Of a DNA stretch of 64,000 nucleotides, positions 1 to 13,339 are shown piece by piece. The notes under the pieces are model-generated. The model was not told the DNA's origin, made no database searches, and saw only the letters and a program-made list of their open reading frames with translations. The stretch is from Paraspadella gotoi. Taxonomy: Eukaryota > Animalia > Chaetognatha. The stretch spans positions 18,275,413-18,339,412 of the forward strand of contig CM119269.1 in NCBI GenBank assembly GCA_051294375.1, given 5' to 3'. The stretch's first letter is position 1; each line of letters begins with the position of its first letter. A program made the position numbers and the translations under genes.

Positions 1-539
1 CGTTTTTCTTTATATAAATATATAATTATATAAATTGTCGATTTTACCTGACCGTTCATTCAGCCTTTGGCTATATCTTCCCCACCAATTGTTAACTTTC
101 GGTGACAAACATCGGTTTTTATTTGATACCACGAGAACCATTGTAAATCAAAGGAAACTAAACAAGGAGATAGTTTGTTTGTTTGTTTCAAACATCACGA
201 TTTGAATATTTTCGAGGAACTGTACTAAAACTTGAAATTTGGGGGTCTTCCTTTTTTTTTTCCTTGAATGAAAATAGAAATCTTTCGTCATCGTTCTTTT
301 TTTCTCCCTCTCTGTCTGACTCTCTCTTGAGACGAACCTAAGATATGTTGAAAGGCGCATCTCAAAAATAAAAAGTTGTTTCATAGAAAAAAGATTCGCC
401 CTTACCCGTAAACCCAACCCCTCACCCGAGCCGCCGGCCTCCGTCGCTACTCGAGATAACACCCGCATTTAAATTTCCATTCGCCCGAAGAAAAAGTGTC
501 TCTCTCTCACTCGGAAATAGGACATTTTTAAAACATATT

Positions 540-541
<2 letters not shown>

Positions 542-582
<41 letters not shown>
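542..582. repeat. (CT)n microsatellite, one of dozens of CT/AG tracts in the window
   Basis: Direct reading of about 20 CT units. Confidence 0.95.
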
Positions 583-586
<4 letters not shown>

Positions 587-2272
587 GGAAATGGAAGGAC
601 AATTTTAAAACACATTTACTCTATTAAGAACAATAAAAGGAGAATCAAATAATAAAAGAAAACTATATATTAATATATACATGAAAAAGTATTTGTACGG
701 ATAAAAATGTTTTAATTTGGATAAGGAAGCATCGCAACGCGAAGCCATCTTCTATTTTTAATAGAAAAGCGATAAACAACGAAACAAGACAGCGTTGATT
801 TTTGCGTCGCTATGAGCAACATAGGGAGGCGGGGTGGAGGTAATGGCCAGTCTGGTAGAATTTGTAAGATTTCAGGGCGGAAACATGGGGTATAATTTCG
901 AGATTGTCTCCGCCTTCCTCTTTCTTTCTCTCTCGTCATCATCTCTCGTCTCTCTCTCTCTCTCTCTCATCTCTTATCTCTCTCTATTTCGGTCGGTCGG
1001 TCGACCTTTTTAGATCCAACGTTGGCGCATTTTCTTAAAAGTGACGATGTTTCGAATAAAAACGTCAAAAGAATGACGTCCCAACAAAAGGAAATTTTAG
1101 AAAGAGATAGGGTGAGGAGGGGAGAGAGAGAGTAAGAAAGCGAGAGAGAGACAGAGAGGGAAAGAGAGGGGGAGATAGAGAAAGAGAGAGGGAGAGACTC
1201 AGGGAAGGAAGGAGTGACGGAAAAAAATGAAAAAAAATCAAATGGGGATGAGAAATCGAGAGGGAGAGAGAGAGAGAGAGAGTGAGAGAGAGAGAGAGAT
1301 GGTGTAAAAACTGCCAAAAAAGGCGCCGGCGTCACTGGTTCCAAGCTAGATGGCGCTCGCGATCAAAACAGAAACTTTTTTCTTTTCATTCTCCTTTTTT
1401 TTTCTTTTCTCGAAACCGTCATCAATCAAAATTTTGTTTTCATTTTCAGGGGAAGACGCGAATGGGACCGTAACTTATTTTCATAAAATTTAAATATCAA
1501 ACCTAAAAAAAAAAAGTTGAAACAAATTTTGATTTTAAAACTACATAAATTAATTAATTCATTAATTAAGCCAAAGAAATTAACACAATTTAGTATCTCA
1601 AAACTAAGAAGAACTAGAAGACTAAAACTAAATGTCACCCTGACCTTCGACTATTTACTTTCGCTCTTTATAAATCTTGCACACGTTCGTCTCAGACTCT
1701 GCGATTAAAATTCCTTCTTGACTCAATCGTATTAAATTTTGTTTTTTAAAGTTAATATTGCTCAAAAAAGTCAAGAAAGAGCGTTTATCGGCAGGCAAAG
1801 AGCCAAAATCTAAAACGCAAAAAGCCAAAATCCAGACAAAAACAAAAAAAAATCGACACCAAGTGAAAAAAAAAAAATTCTCGGAATCTTCGCCAACTTC
1901 ATTTTTTAGCGTCTTTTTCTTTCCGCCCCCTTTCCCTCCCCCAAAACCCCCACCCCCCAATGTCCTTTTTCATTCTTCCATACGCCCTCCTCATTCCTTC
2001 TTCATTCCTACTTCGACCCTCTCGTCCCTTTCTTCATTGTCGCCCCTATTTCTTTCTCCGGACGGTCTCTCCCCCCCCACGTCTTCTTTCTCTCCCCCGC
2101 CCTCGACACTGCCGTTTATTTTTCTCTTACGCCTGCCCGCTCTTTCTCGCTTTATTTTCTCGGAAACGCTGATTGGCTGTCATTTAAATATTTCGGCTGT
2201 TAGCGATTGGTCGCTGTGGATGTCTCTTTGCTGGGCGAAGCAGAATTTTATTGTCAATCTTCGTTAACTTAC

Positions 2273-2990
2273 CTCCCGACCCCATTGTTTGAAGTGTTCT
2301 TACACTCTTTCTCTTTTGTCTTTTAAAATGACGTTCGAAATCCCCAAACGTCAGATGGCAAAAGTTGATTCGATTCCCAGGCCAATTCGAATCACGTTTC
2401 CATGCCAACAGGAAAGTCTCGCGTGGAATTTTCGCAACTACGTATATTCCATGATGCATTCGCCTAAAAAACTTTAAAATGCAATATTATGAACTGAATG
2501 AAAGGAGAACCCAATTTTTTTTTAGAAAATTTCGTATCTGAATCCTTTTTTAATGCGAATGTTTTAATTTGTTTAAAATTTGTTTTTATTTGTTTTTATT
2601 TGTTGCATCTTATTTTTCTCTTTACGATTGCACCATCCCTTACTTCATGGAATTGCATCTTCTCTTTCCTTTTAAGATTACATCTACCTTTCATGTTGCG
2701 ATTGCATCTTCCCTTTTCTTTAAGATTGCATCTTCCCTTTTCTTTAAGATTACATCTTCCCTTTCTCCTCTCGATTGCATCCGTCCCTTTCCCGAGATCG
2801 CATCTACTCTTCCGCCGAGATCGCATCGGCAACGTCGCCGAGATTGTATCGCAGAATTTTCTTTGCTGTTGCGTCGTTTCCCCGGATTTGAGATGTTATC
2901 TCGTTGAGAAGCGATTTCGTCTTTTTTCAGACAAACGATTTCAATTCTTTTCCCACCGAACGATCACATTTAAGCGAACCAGCTCCTTCT
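2273..2990 (-). CDS. Putative frameshifted coding exon(s) of an unknown protein with an 8-aa EDAILKKR-like repeat
   Basis: The minus strand reads as protein-like segments across frames (KTKSLLNEITSQIR, ETTQQQRKFCDTISA, EDAILKKR repeats). It ends in a canonical donor GAG|GTAAGT (plus ACTTAC at 2267-2272). No family recognised. Confidence 0.25.
2625..2830. repeat. 24-bp minisatellite, unit ~GATTGCATCTTCCCTTTTCTTTAA, about 8 degenerate copies
   Basis: Visible tandem units. ORF translations show LRLHLPFS and GRCNLKEK periodicity. Confidence 0.85.
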
Positions 2991-3131
2991 TAAATTATAC
3001 TTTTTATATTTGATCGTTTGCTGTGCCCAGAAAAACGATATTTTAGCATAACATTCGCTAAGTTTTTTTTTCATATTGTATTAGATAATTTTTTAAATTC
3101 TTTTTGTCACGGCAATTTGTTTTGGTATTAC

Positions 3132-3287
3132 TCCTAACCTTGACCTAATCCTGAACCCTAAACCCTAAATCCGTAATTTTAACTCGTCTCTGACTCTAAC
3201 CCATATCCCTAACCTTAATCACAAACCAAGTCTCCTAACCTTAATCCTTAAATCTAACCTATTTTTAACTTTAAAAAATTAACCTAA
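3132..3287. repeat. Degenerate interstitial telomere-like (CCCTAA/CCTAAC) tract
   Basis: Repeated cctaacc, ccctaaaccctaaa, ctaaccc and cctaacctta hexamer variants. Confidence 0.55.
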
Positions 3288-5628
3288 TTTCGAATTTAAG
3301 ACAAAATGAGGCCACCAGGGTCGCAGTTGTTCTTTTTAATTTTTGTTTCTTCTATTTTATTCACTGCAATTATTTGATTTTTGTCGCAGTGCGCGTTTGA
3401 TTGAAAAGTTTTTTGATGTCTTTTAAAAAAATATTAAATAAATGTTCGACAACAACATGAGTGACTTGGACGATTAAAAACAACGACGACGATGACGACG
3501 ACAGAGACAACGATGAGAAGAACGAGGACGATGAGGACGACGATGAAGACGACAACGACGAATAAACCGCGGCTAAATGAAATACAAAGTCAAAGGAGCC
3601 GGATTAAGATTAATGAGTCCCAATCGAAATTCCATTTCCCTTCGAACCGACGCATTCATAATTGGAAAAAGCTACAAAAAAAAAAGTCCGGGTTATTCCT
3701 ACTTTTTGAATTCTAATTATTAGACGAGAGAGATGAGAGATGAGCAGAGATGAGAGGAGAGAGAGGAGAGAGAGAGAGGAGAACGAATGAGAAGAGCAGA
3801 GAGAGAGAAGAGATTTTATAACGAAAAGGGATTAATAGTGAAGTGCGAAGACTATGTAGTATGCAGATCCTAGGTCTCCGTCGGCCGCCCGCTGCCGCCG
3901 CTCGCTGTGCCGCCGACCGTCGCGCTCAAACGACCGACTCCAAGCGCGAAGCGCCACCAGCGTCTGGAACAGGAATTATTCATAAAATCCGAGAAAAAGT
4001 AATGAAAACTGGGACATCAAAAGGACCATTAGCATATTCTTCGGTGGGGAAAAAAGAGAATGAGAAAACATGACGACGAGAATGAAAGAGAGAAAGAAAG
4101 AGACAGACAAGAAAGTAGAAAGAGAGAAAAAATATCAAAGAGAGAGGAGAGGAGGAGGAAAGAGAGAGAGAGAGAGAGAGAGAGTAGAGAGAATCTATTT
4201 TTAATTATAATCACTCTAGGAGAGAGATGTTTTTATGCAGCGCCGAGTTGTTGTTGTTTGCTAGTTTCCGCATTCAAACAATTGCCAGACGCCCAAACCG
4301 AAAATTGAGACATTTGCGACTCAGATTTCGCGATGAGAAAAATGTCGACGGATCCAGAATTTGAAAATCCGGATACCCGACGAGAGAGAGAGAGGAGAGA
4401 GAGACGAGAGAGGAGAGAGACGAGAGAGAAGATGAGAAGAGGAGAGAGAGAGAGAGCAGAGAGAGCGTTTTATTCGTTTAAGTTTAAATTTTTGTTTATT
4501 TTTGACAAAACGAATTTCGCATACATTTGTGTCTTATAACATTCTCTTTTGGCGATGTAGAAGACTTTCACCAATCAGCTAACCACGACCAGTCTAAATG
4601 TTAAATATTCTTATTTTTATAACCTGTATGGACGCTTGCATCTCGATAGCTTTGCCTATCCCTAATTGTTTAAAATCTATTTTTGTGTTGTACTTGCATG
4701 TTCTAGATAACTTTTGAAAAAAACGAGAAACTTTTATCCTTTCTTGTGGTGGTCCACAGTCCATCGCGTCGTTTCTTCACCGGATCCCTCATCCTTTCCA
4801 ATCCATGACTCTTCGGAGAGACGAGAACTTTAACTTGCCTTCCCTTTCCCTTATCGCTTTTATTTCGAGAAAAATTATTACATCTCTCCTCTCTCTTCCT
4901 CCTCTCTCTCTCCCTCTGCTCTCTCTCTCTCTCTCTCTCTCTCCTGCACTTATCTCATTGACGTTCTTAACAAGGATCAGGTCGTTCTGTCGTTTTTATT
5001 CCGCACATCTCGATACATAAATCTCTTTTTTTTTCATTGAGCTTAAGCGCCCCCCTCTCTCTCTCTCTCCTTCTCTCTCTCTTCTCTCTCTCTCTCTCTT
5101 CCTCTCTCTCTCTCTCTCTCTCTCTCCTCCTCTCGCTCACAAAATCCGTTGCTAAACATTATCACTTATTTTTAACCATTACGAATTCCACAAAAAAAGT
5201 CGCTATTTTTTCTTCGTCCCCAAAGATTTAGTCGCGATTCCTTTTCATTTCCGCAAATTCCATCGACATTTCAGCTTGCATTTAATTTTCTTTTTCTCTC
5301 TCTCTCTCTCTCTCTCTCACTTAATTTTTTTGATCCCCAATTTTAGTCTTTGTATCTTTTATATTCCCGTTCAAATTTTTTATCTCCCTTCTGCTTCTCC
5401 AAATTATTTCCCCCTTTTTATATTTTTTTTTCCTTTTCCCCCCCGGAAATTCCCTTTGGCTCCGTTTTATTAGTTGTTCCGTTAAATTCCGCTTGAGGGA
5501 CGAAATTGTAAAGGGCGAAAATCTCAAACCCAAACAAAAAGCAAAACAAACAAAGTCTAAGAAGAAAATAATAGTATAATACGACGTCAATATGACGGCA
5601 AAGCTGACAAAGACGACAATGACAATGA

Positions 5629-5699
<71 letters not shown>

Positions 5700-5709
5700 T
5701 ATATATATA
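5629..5709. repeat. Compound (CT)n(AT)n microsatellite
   Basis: Direct reading. Confidence 0.95.
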
Positions 5710-5976
5710 AATTTCTGTGAACGAATTAAAGAATCATTTTTCAAGGAATAGAGATATCGCCAGGAAATCAAGAGAGAAAATTGTCTATGCTAAAATGTAA
5801 TTTTCAATCACCCACTTTTCTCCACAGATCGTGGATGACACCAAAGAATAATAGTAGTAATATACGCATATATATAAACAAAGATTCTACTCAAAACGTT
5901 TCATGTATTTTTCATTTCAAGAATGCATTGTCGTCGTTGTCGTCGTCGTCATCCTCATCGTCGTTGTTTCGCTGGT

Positions 5977-6040
5977 AAAAGATCTCACAAAAGATCTCAC
6001 AAAAGATCTCACAAAAGATCACACAAAAGATCTCACAAAA
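5977..6040. repeat. 12-bp tandem repeat (AAAAGATCTCAC) x5
   Basis: Five near-perfect copies, one with a T>A change. Confidence 0.95.
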
Positions 6041-6792
6041 TCGCTCGGTTCCCCAGAGACGAAACGTGATTCGCGATTTCGGTCGAAGGAATTCCTCACC
6101 TTTGCCTTCGCAGCCTCACCTCGTAGATTCACCTTTCTTCTCCCTCGCTCTGACTCACTCCCCGCCATCCCCTCCACTCCCCCGTCCACAACCCCCGTAT
6201 CGAAATTCACTCCATAAATTCATCCACTCATCACTCAACCAATTCCCGACTTGCTTTTCGCATCTCACGATCAAGAATTTCGATAACCGTTAAGAACCGA
6301 ATTTTCCCGTTTCCCATTTCATCAGAGGCGCATATTTACCCTTTTTCATCTCATATTCGCTTTATTCACCCTCCACTCACCCTCAACCTCAACCCTCTCC
6401 TCCTCCCCCCTTCTCCCCCCCCCTTTCTCCCGGTGAAATCGATTAATCATTTTGTGGGAAAGAAAGAAAAAAAGAAGAATCGCGACGAAATTGTGAAGAG
6501 GCGAAGCGAGGCGGTGAAGAGAGAGCGAGACGAGATTTCGTCGTCGTCGTCTTCGTCGTCGTCAACGTCAACGTCAACGTCGTCGTCGTCGTCGTCATCC
6601 CTGACGCCGTGTCAGTTTTGGTCGTTGTCATCGTCAACTGCAGTGATTGACAATTACATCGGCGTATTATTGGCCATTGGCCAAGGTCGTCGAACGTTGT
6701 CCTCATTCTCGTCATCGAGGTAGACATTGTTTTTTAAACCCTGACTTCGTCGTCAACGTCACCTTCTTCTTTGACTGTTTGTCATTCGTAGA

Positions 6793-7359
6793 AGCTCGAG
6801 TGATCGTTTCCAGCGTTCACAATTCAGCTCGAGTTCAGTTCAGTTCAGTTCGGTTCACAATTCAGCTTGAGTGATCGGTTTCCATCGGGTCACAATTCAG
6901 CTCGGAGGTTCTGTTCAGTTCAGTCAGTTCAGTCACAATTTCAGTCTGAGTGATCTGTTTCCACGTTCAGATCACTTCGAATTCAGCTCGAGTTCAGTTC
7001 AGTTCAGTTTCAGTAGTTCACAATTCAGCTTGGTGAGTTCACGTTCACATTCACTAGTTCTGACCATTTCAGTTCAGTTCACAATCAAGCCTCAGTGATC
7101 TTTCCATGTCAACAATTCGCTCGAGTTCAGTTCAGTTCGTTCAGTTTCAGGTTCAGTTTTCACAATTCAGCTCTGAGTGTTGCGTTTCACATCGTTCATA
7201 CGATTCAGCTCGATTGTTCTTTCAGTTCAGTTTCAGTTCACAATTCAGGCTCGAGTGGATCGTTTCCATCTTCACAATTTCAGCTCGAATTCCAGTTCAG
7301 TTCAGTTCAGTTCAGTTCACAATTCAGCTCGAGTGATCGTTTCCATCGTTCACAATTCA
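6793..7359. repeat. Composite ~70-bp satellite: core TTCACAATTCAGCTCGAG alternating with TGATCGTTTCCATCG and (TTCAG)n
   Basis: About 8 higher-order units and about 15 copies of the core, read directly. Confidence 0.9.
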
Positions 7360-7719
7360 ACATACAAGTCATCATCGCGCTTGAAAATTCCCCGGTGAAT
7401 CCGCGCAACAAACAAATCCCACAAAATCCATCTTTCGCCCTTCTGTAGTAAAATAAAAAAAAAATAAAAAAAAATGGGCTGAAATTCCCGAAGGCGCGGT
7501 CCTTCTCTTCTCTCGTTGATATATATCCTATCATTGGCGTCGTCGTCGTTTTCGTCGTCGTCTTCGTCGTCTCAGCGTCTTCGTCTTTGTGGTTCGCCTT
7601 GTCATCCTCATCATTGTTTCCATTGTCGTCGTCATCATCATGTCAACCCCGCTTTCGCCGTCGTTCTCATAGTCGTCGTCGTCGTCATCGTCCACCCATC
7701 GACCCTCACCCAATCTGCC

Positions 7720-8120
7720 TGACCTTCTTTCCTCCTTCGATTTGGAATCCGAATTTCCCTTTGGATTCGCATACAAAACTTCACCGCTCTTGCGGTCGCC
7801 GCCGATGCCGCTGCCGCTGTCGCCGCCGCTTCGGCCGCAATTTCTGCCTCCAACGCCGCCGTCGTCGCGTCGCCAAAGGGACAGATAGTACAGATGCCGA
7901 AAAAGCCAATGACTTCACTCGAAGCCTAAGTTGGCGAAAGTGTGATTCGTCTGATGCCGACGCCAGCCTAGTAAATGACTCTCCATTCGCCGCAGCAGCT
8001 GTCAAGGTTGCTCCCAGTCCGCAGGCGCTTACCATTTCCCCTTTCCGTCGCTGGATTCGTACCTGCCGCCTTTGCAGCCTCTGCCGTCTCCGCCGCCTTC
8101 TCCTTAGCCGCTGCCCTTGT
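7720..8120 (-). CDS. Possible Ala-rich coding exon(s), unknown product
   Basis: GC-rich island. Minus-strand translations give AAAKEKAAETAEAAKAAG and EAEIAAEAAATAAAASAATAR, with a G|GTAAG donor-like site near 8030. Could simply be GCC-type repeats. Confidence 0.2.
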
Positions 8121-10244
8121 CATCTTTAGACTTTCCTGTTTCTCATAGTCTCTCTTTCGCTTTGCCTGCCTCACCTTCTAAGCTTACCTCACCCTTAATC
8201 CTTTATTCATTATGTTTTATCAGCTTTCCCACTTCTCTTTTCTCCTCCTTTCTGCCTTTTCTTTATTTGTCAAACTTTTCACAAACCTGTATTATGTATG
8301 TATTATGTAATATGTATTATGTATTCCCTTTCCGTTAACCTCTTTCTCTCCTACCTCATTTTCTTCTCACCACCTCATTCCTTTTTTTCTTTCTTTCCTT
8401 TTTTTTTTCTTTCCTTCTTTCTTTTACTTCTCCGCCGGCCGCAACCGTCGTTCCCTTTGATCTTTCCGTCAATGGCCGCCGCCTTTTTCAGCCTTTGATC
8501 GGCGCCGCCGCCCCCCCCCCCAAAAAAAAAGTCCGGCGTCAGCGACCATTAACGCCGGTATTTTTTACGGCGTCTCTTTCGGCACAGTCGCCGATTTTCA
8601 GTTCCTATTGCAACGCCATCAGCGCCGCTCTCTCTCGGAACGGAGCCGCTTTGAAAAAGAGCGGCGCCTTTCGCGCCACTGGAATCAGCGACTCGAAAAT
8701 CCCGGCGTCTTTGATGGAGCGAGAGAGAAATTAAGGGAAGTCGAGAGAGAAAAACGGGAGAGGTGGAACGGAAGTGAAAGAGAAAGAGAGGATGGAAAGA
8801 AGGAAAGAAAGTAAATAACTCATAGAGTGATCGGATAGCGGTTGCCAGTGGTAGAAAAAAGGAAAATCCGGAAAATTTAATCCCACCATCTCCTGGGTAA
8901 ATCGACATTAAAAACCGAACAAGGACTCTGCTGTCCAACTGGGCAAGAGAGAACTGCAAATACAAAATGAAAGGGGGCTAAGATCTCGTCTTGACACCAC
9001 AGAATATATGTCCAAACTCAGTTTTTTTTTGTTTAAATGCTTATGCCAGTTTGAAGTGCCGTAACTGTTAATTGTTGGACGTATCAGAGGATGCACACGC
9101 CAGATCTGAGATCTTGCACTCAGCTGTTCTCGTCGGCGACGTCGAATTTTGCAAAAGCCGGTAGTAGACACCGAGCTCAATTCAGAACCCACCGTCATAC
9201 TAACGATCTCCGTCAAACGAGTAATCAGCTAACCAACCGAGCTTTGTAATTTTTAAGACCCAACTCCCCGGCGTATGTCTCCCGACTATTTGGTTTCTTG
9301 TTGTGTTAATGGTGTTAAAAAGGTGGTATGATTTAATTAAAAATATCATTATTTTTTCTTTTATTTAAAAATGGAGCATAGAGGTAAGTTGGATACCATC
9401 GTCGCTCTTGTGTGGGTTCAGCATTAATTATGAGAATTATAATAAGACTAAGGTTAATCTAAAAAAATTCAAAGAGCAGGATGTTACCAGACAGGAGTTC
9501 GGTATTAAAACAGCTCTTCTTCAAAATTAATTCATCACCATTACAATTTCACACACACCTCTCTGTCTATCAAAGCAGTATAAAATATACCCCAAAGCAA
9601 GAATATCAGTACCTCTGCACCCAAAACGATTTTACAAAAAACACAAACTATATACTTAAGATTCTTCTTCTTATACATTAAATTTTTACCCATAACTGTA
9701 TCTTTAATTATGTAATTTATTATCTTTCAATCCTGCAATAAATCGATTCCTCTCATATGAACACGAGAGCAGAAAATCTCCAGTTGCGGAACTGAAGAGA
9801 AGTTAGCAGGGAATCTTTTTATCGAATTGGAGTTCAAATCCTACTTGCCATGTCTAATATGTTAAACGTCTGTAGTTACCACCTATGTCTCCTTTGGTGG
9901 AGCATTACTTTTGGGAAGAGTTCATCTATTCAATCTCTCTACTACTCTCATTCTTCTTCATTGCGCTCTCATATTTATAACTCATACATCACGTAACTAC
10001 TATACCTGATCTACACGTCCTCTTCTCTCAGTCTCCTCTCGTCTCTCTCTCTCCTCTCTTATCCCTCTCTACCTCTCCATCATCTCACTACTTCATTCTC
10101 TCTTCGTTCTCTCCTCTTTCTTCCTACTGAATACTCTCCGGAATTTTACGGATAAAACCATCATTCGAAGTGTGCATTAATTCACTCATATACCACTGAC
10201 TGTGTACGATTATCAACTTCATCATGATAATACCTGCACTCACG

Positions 10245-11400
10245 AAAAGGGAGAGTAGGGGAAGATTCGCTACGCGAGCCACCCATTTGTAATGTTTCTT
10301 AGGTTTTACTCTTGTCTCGAGAGAAAGATCAGTTTTAAATATGATGGCCATATCTTTCCGTGATTCTTTGGTTTTTCCCGTTACTATCCCTTCTGCTTTC
10401 CACCTTATTTGCTGTGGTATTTCTCGTTTCCATTTTTCTTTTCTTCTCCCGATTCTTCATTGTTTTCTTCACTTTTCTTTTGCTTCTGTCATTTCTTTTC
10501 TTCTCTCTTTTTTTTTTTCTTCCTTTCTTTCTTTCATTTTATTCTTTCTTTCTTTCTTTCTTTTTTTTGTCGCTCTTCATTCGAATGCCAGATCAATCGA
10601 ACTGGAAAAAGAGCAATAACTTAACTAGAAACATCGATTAGTTTTTAAGGTTATTTTTCGCTCATTCCTCGTTTCTTATTACCCGCATCCAGCGAACCTC
10701 ACGGATTCCAGTATGTTTCTCTCTCTCTCTCTCTCTGCTCTCTCTCTTCTCTCTCTCTCTCTCTCTCGTCTACTCTGCTCCTCTCTCTCTCTCTTCTCTC
10801 CATCTCTCCTGATAACGATATCCGTGCATCGACGTCACTCCCCAAACGAGGCATATGTGGTTTATAACTTGTGGCTTTGCTATGTTATTACATGTCAAAA
10901 GAAAGTAAAAGGGGAAACGTCGTTCGTTCGGCACCTGATGGCGCTAAAGTTCAATTTCTTCCTTCCTGCATTTTCTTTTCTAGTTTGGAGTTTGTTATTT
11001 TTTTGTTTGTTTTGTTTTGTTTGTTTTGGTTGTTTTTTTTTTTGTTTGTTTTGTTGTTTTGTTTGTTTGTTTGTGTTGAGTTTGTTTGTGTGTGTTTGTT
11101 TGTTTGGTTTGTTCTGTATTTTGTTGTTTGTTGTTTTGTTTGTTTGGTTTGTTTTTGTTTTCTTGTTTTCTTTGGAGTGTTCTTGGAGTTATTGTTTTCT
11201 TTGTATTTTTGATTTGGTATTTCTTTGTTTTTCTTTGTTTTGTGTACATGACAGTGTGACGTTGACAAAACCGTTGAGGCGGCGAGATGACGAGCACCAC
11301 GCAGGAGCGTGTCAAACGAGCGGGAAAAGGCCGAGAGAAGCGGGTATGGAAGAGCGCCCCAGCTGCCGCAGAGGCCACGCACCGTAACCCCTGGAGCCAG
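10245..11400 (+). repeat. Noisy direct copy of the 21930-23032 segment (includes a TTTG microsatellite)
   Basis: Shared strings include taggttttactcttgtctcgagagaaagatcagttttaaatat and ggcacctgatggcgctaaagttcaatttct. Confidence 0.85.
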
Positions 11401-13339
11401 AAACTAACTCTACGAGCAAATTAAAAGAATTCAATGACATTGGAAACTCCGGCAGCAAGAAATGGCTCTGCGTGGGGGGGATTTGAAGGAGGAGAAAAAT
11501 CGGCTCGACGATTGTAGATACGCCGCACCAGCAGTCTCGAAGAACGGGGACTCTTTCCTTGTCTCACGTGTTCAGCGTGTCATTCTGCAATCTTGGTCTT
11601 GTAAGTGTACCTATGTGTCCGGCGGTGTCATTCTCTTTTGTTGTTGTGCATGTTTCGAGTATATGACTAATTTTCTCTCCTTAATGCCTGCTGATAACAT
11701 TACCTGGATTATTCTTTTCTTCGTGTTTCGTTAGTTTCTCGTATGCGTGTCTTTTAGCATGTTCGTATAAATTCCGAAATATATCCTCTCTGTGGTGTCA
11801 AATTTTAATATCGGTATCATATTTCTCGCGTTGATATCCCGTGTGTCGGGATTACTCGCAATGAAGCCTTATGCCTCCTCCTACACATAATGTGTCGGTA
11901 AATTCTCAGTCTGCGTTGCACATGGGGATACTGCAGAAAGCCTACCCTCCCATCTCCAATGTCTCTGGCATAATTTCCTGGTTCGCGTAGTGTACTCGAC
12001 ACTAATTCTGAGAAGCCACGTTCTCTCTCCCTTTAACTAATAATTGTTGCGGCTATATATCCTCTATGTTGCGCAGTATTCGTTACAATTTCCTCAGATT
12101 AGCTTTTCCATGTAACCTCTCGTCTCCACCCTGCTCATCTCTCTCTACAAATAACTGAGTCCAGTGAGTATACTCTGGTTAGAGAGTAAAAGAAGCAGTG
12201 AGAAAGATTAAATTTTGTATTGTAACGACGCGCCCCGCGAACAAATATCCGAGGAATATTGGTAGTTCAGAGATTTCGGGATTTCGCAGAACGCGAAGGG
12301 TCTCCTCTCTGGCAATTTTGATAGCGAACTAAATCTTCGCTGAGAGTCCGCGCATATATAGACAGAAATTTTATACAACCCTCAGCCGGTACCCCCACCA
12401 ATAATAGCTCTCGCTCTCGCGCGTACAAATTATTGAGGCTAGATAGCGGGGTGGCGAGACCCTATAAGACGGCGGGCAGCCCGCCCCTCGACCACTATAT
12501 ATAGAGATATACGTGCGTGACGAGACCGGTCTTCCAACTAATCGTTACGAAACTGTGTGAGTGAAGAAATGTAATAATCCGTCTATTTACCAGTGAACAT
12601 GTCGATGGACTGTGTGTCGACCAGTTCTAATTGTGACATATCTCGATATATTTTATATATTGTTTTTTTCCTTTAAACACTTTAACATACATTAGAGACT
12701 TCATGAACTGCGCTTTTTATATATCAACCATATATATTTAAGAGATATAGTCTTCCCTTATACACTCGCACTTCAGCGTGGCGTCATCGTCACATCCTTT
12801 GTATTGCGTTTAATCTTCGTGTCCTTCTTAATCAATGATGAATGGTCTCGTCACGCAAGTTTTCCAGAATCTCAGTCTCTTATACGCCCTGTAATCTTCG
12901 GCAAGTGCTTGATTTTCGCTGCTTCTAGTGGCTCCAACTTTCTGGCGATATCTTCCTGGCTCTCAGCTATCGTCTATTGCTATATGTTCAAGTCATCTGT
13001 ATTACTATTCCTCGTCACCTCACTACTTGAGTCGATAGATGTACTCGATAGATGCATGACGCCAGATGCTATGTCATGACACCGCACCCGAGATGCAGCA
13101 CTATCCGCAGTTGCATGCATACGAGAAGAATCCCTAGATCGCACGCACTTCCGGAACATAGTAAAATCCGCTCCAAGAATCGAGAAGGGAAAGTCAGGGT
13201 CATTGGGGAGGATCGCGAAAGGATGCAAAAGCCCCACCCCCATGTGGGAGCTTAGTAGGCGCAGAGGCGATCATATTGGGGTCAAGAAGGAGAGGGTTCC
13301 CGAAGAATTGAGTGGAGGAGAGTGATGGAGAAGAGAGAG

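Noticed and set aside
2169-2212. Twin ATTGG (CCAAT) boxes 34 bp apart; also CTCF-like TAGATGGCG at ~1347 and ~20608
   Set aside because: Such short motifs are expected by chance and there is no linked TSS or gene evidence.
2184-2459. GIY-YIG nuclease suggested by HHGIYVV
   Set aside because: There is no YIG/YVG second motif or conserved Arg/Glu pattern.
6793-7359. CRISPR array
   Set aside because: The spacers are two recurring types rather than unique, there are no cas genes, and the context is eukaryotic.
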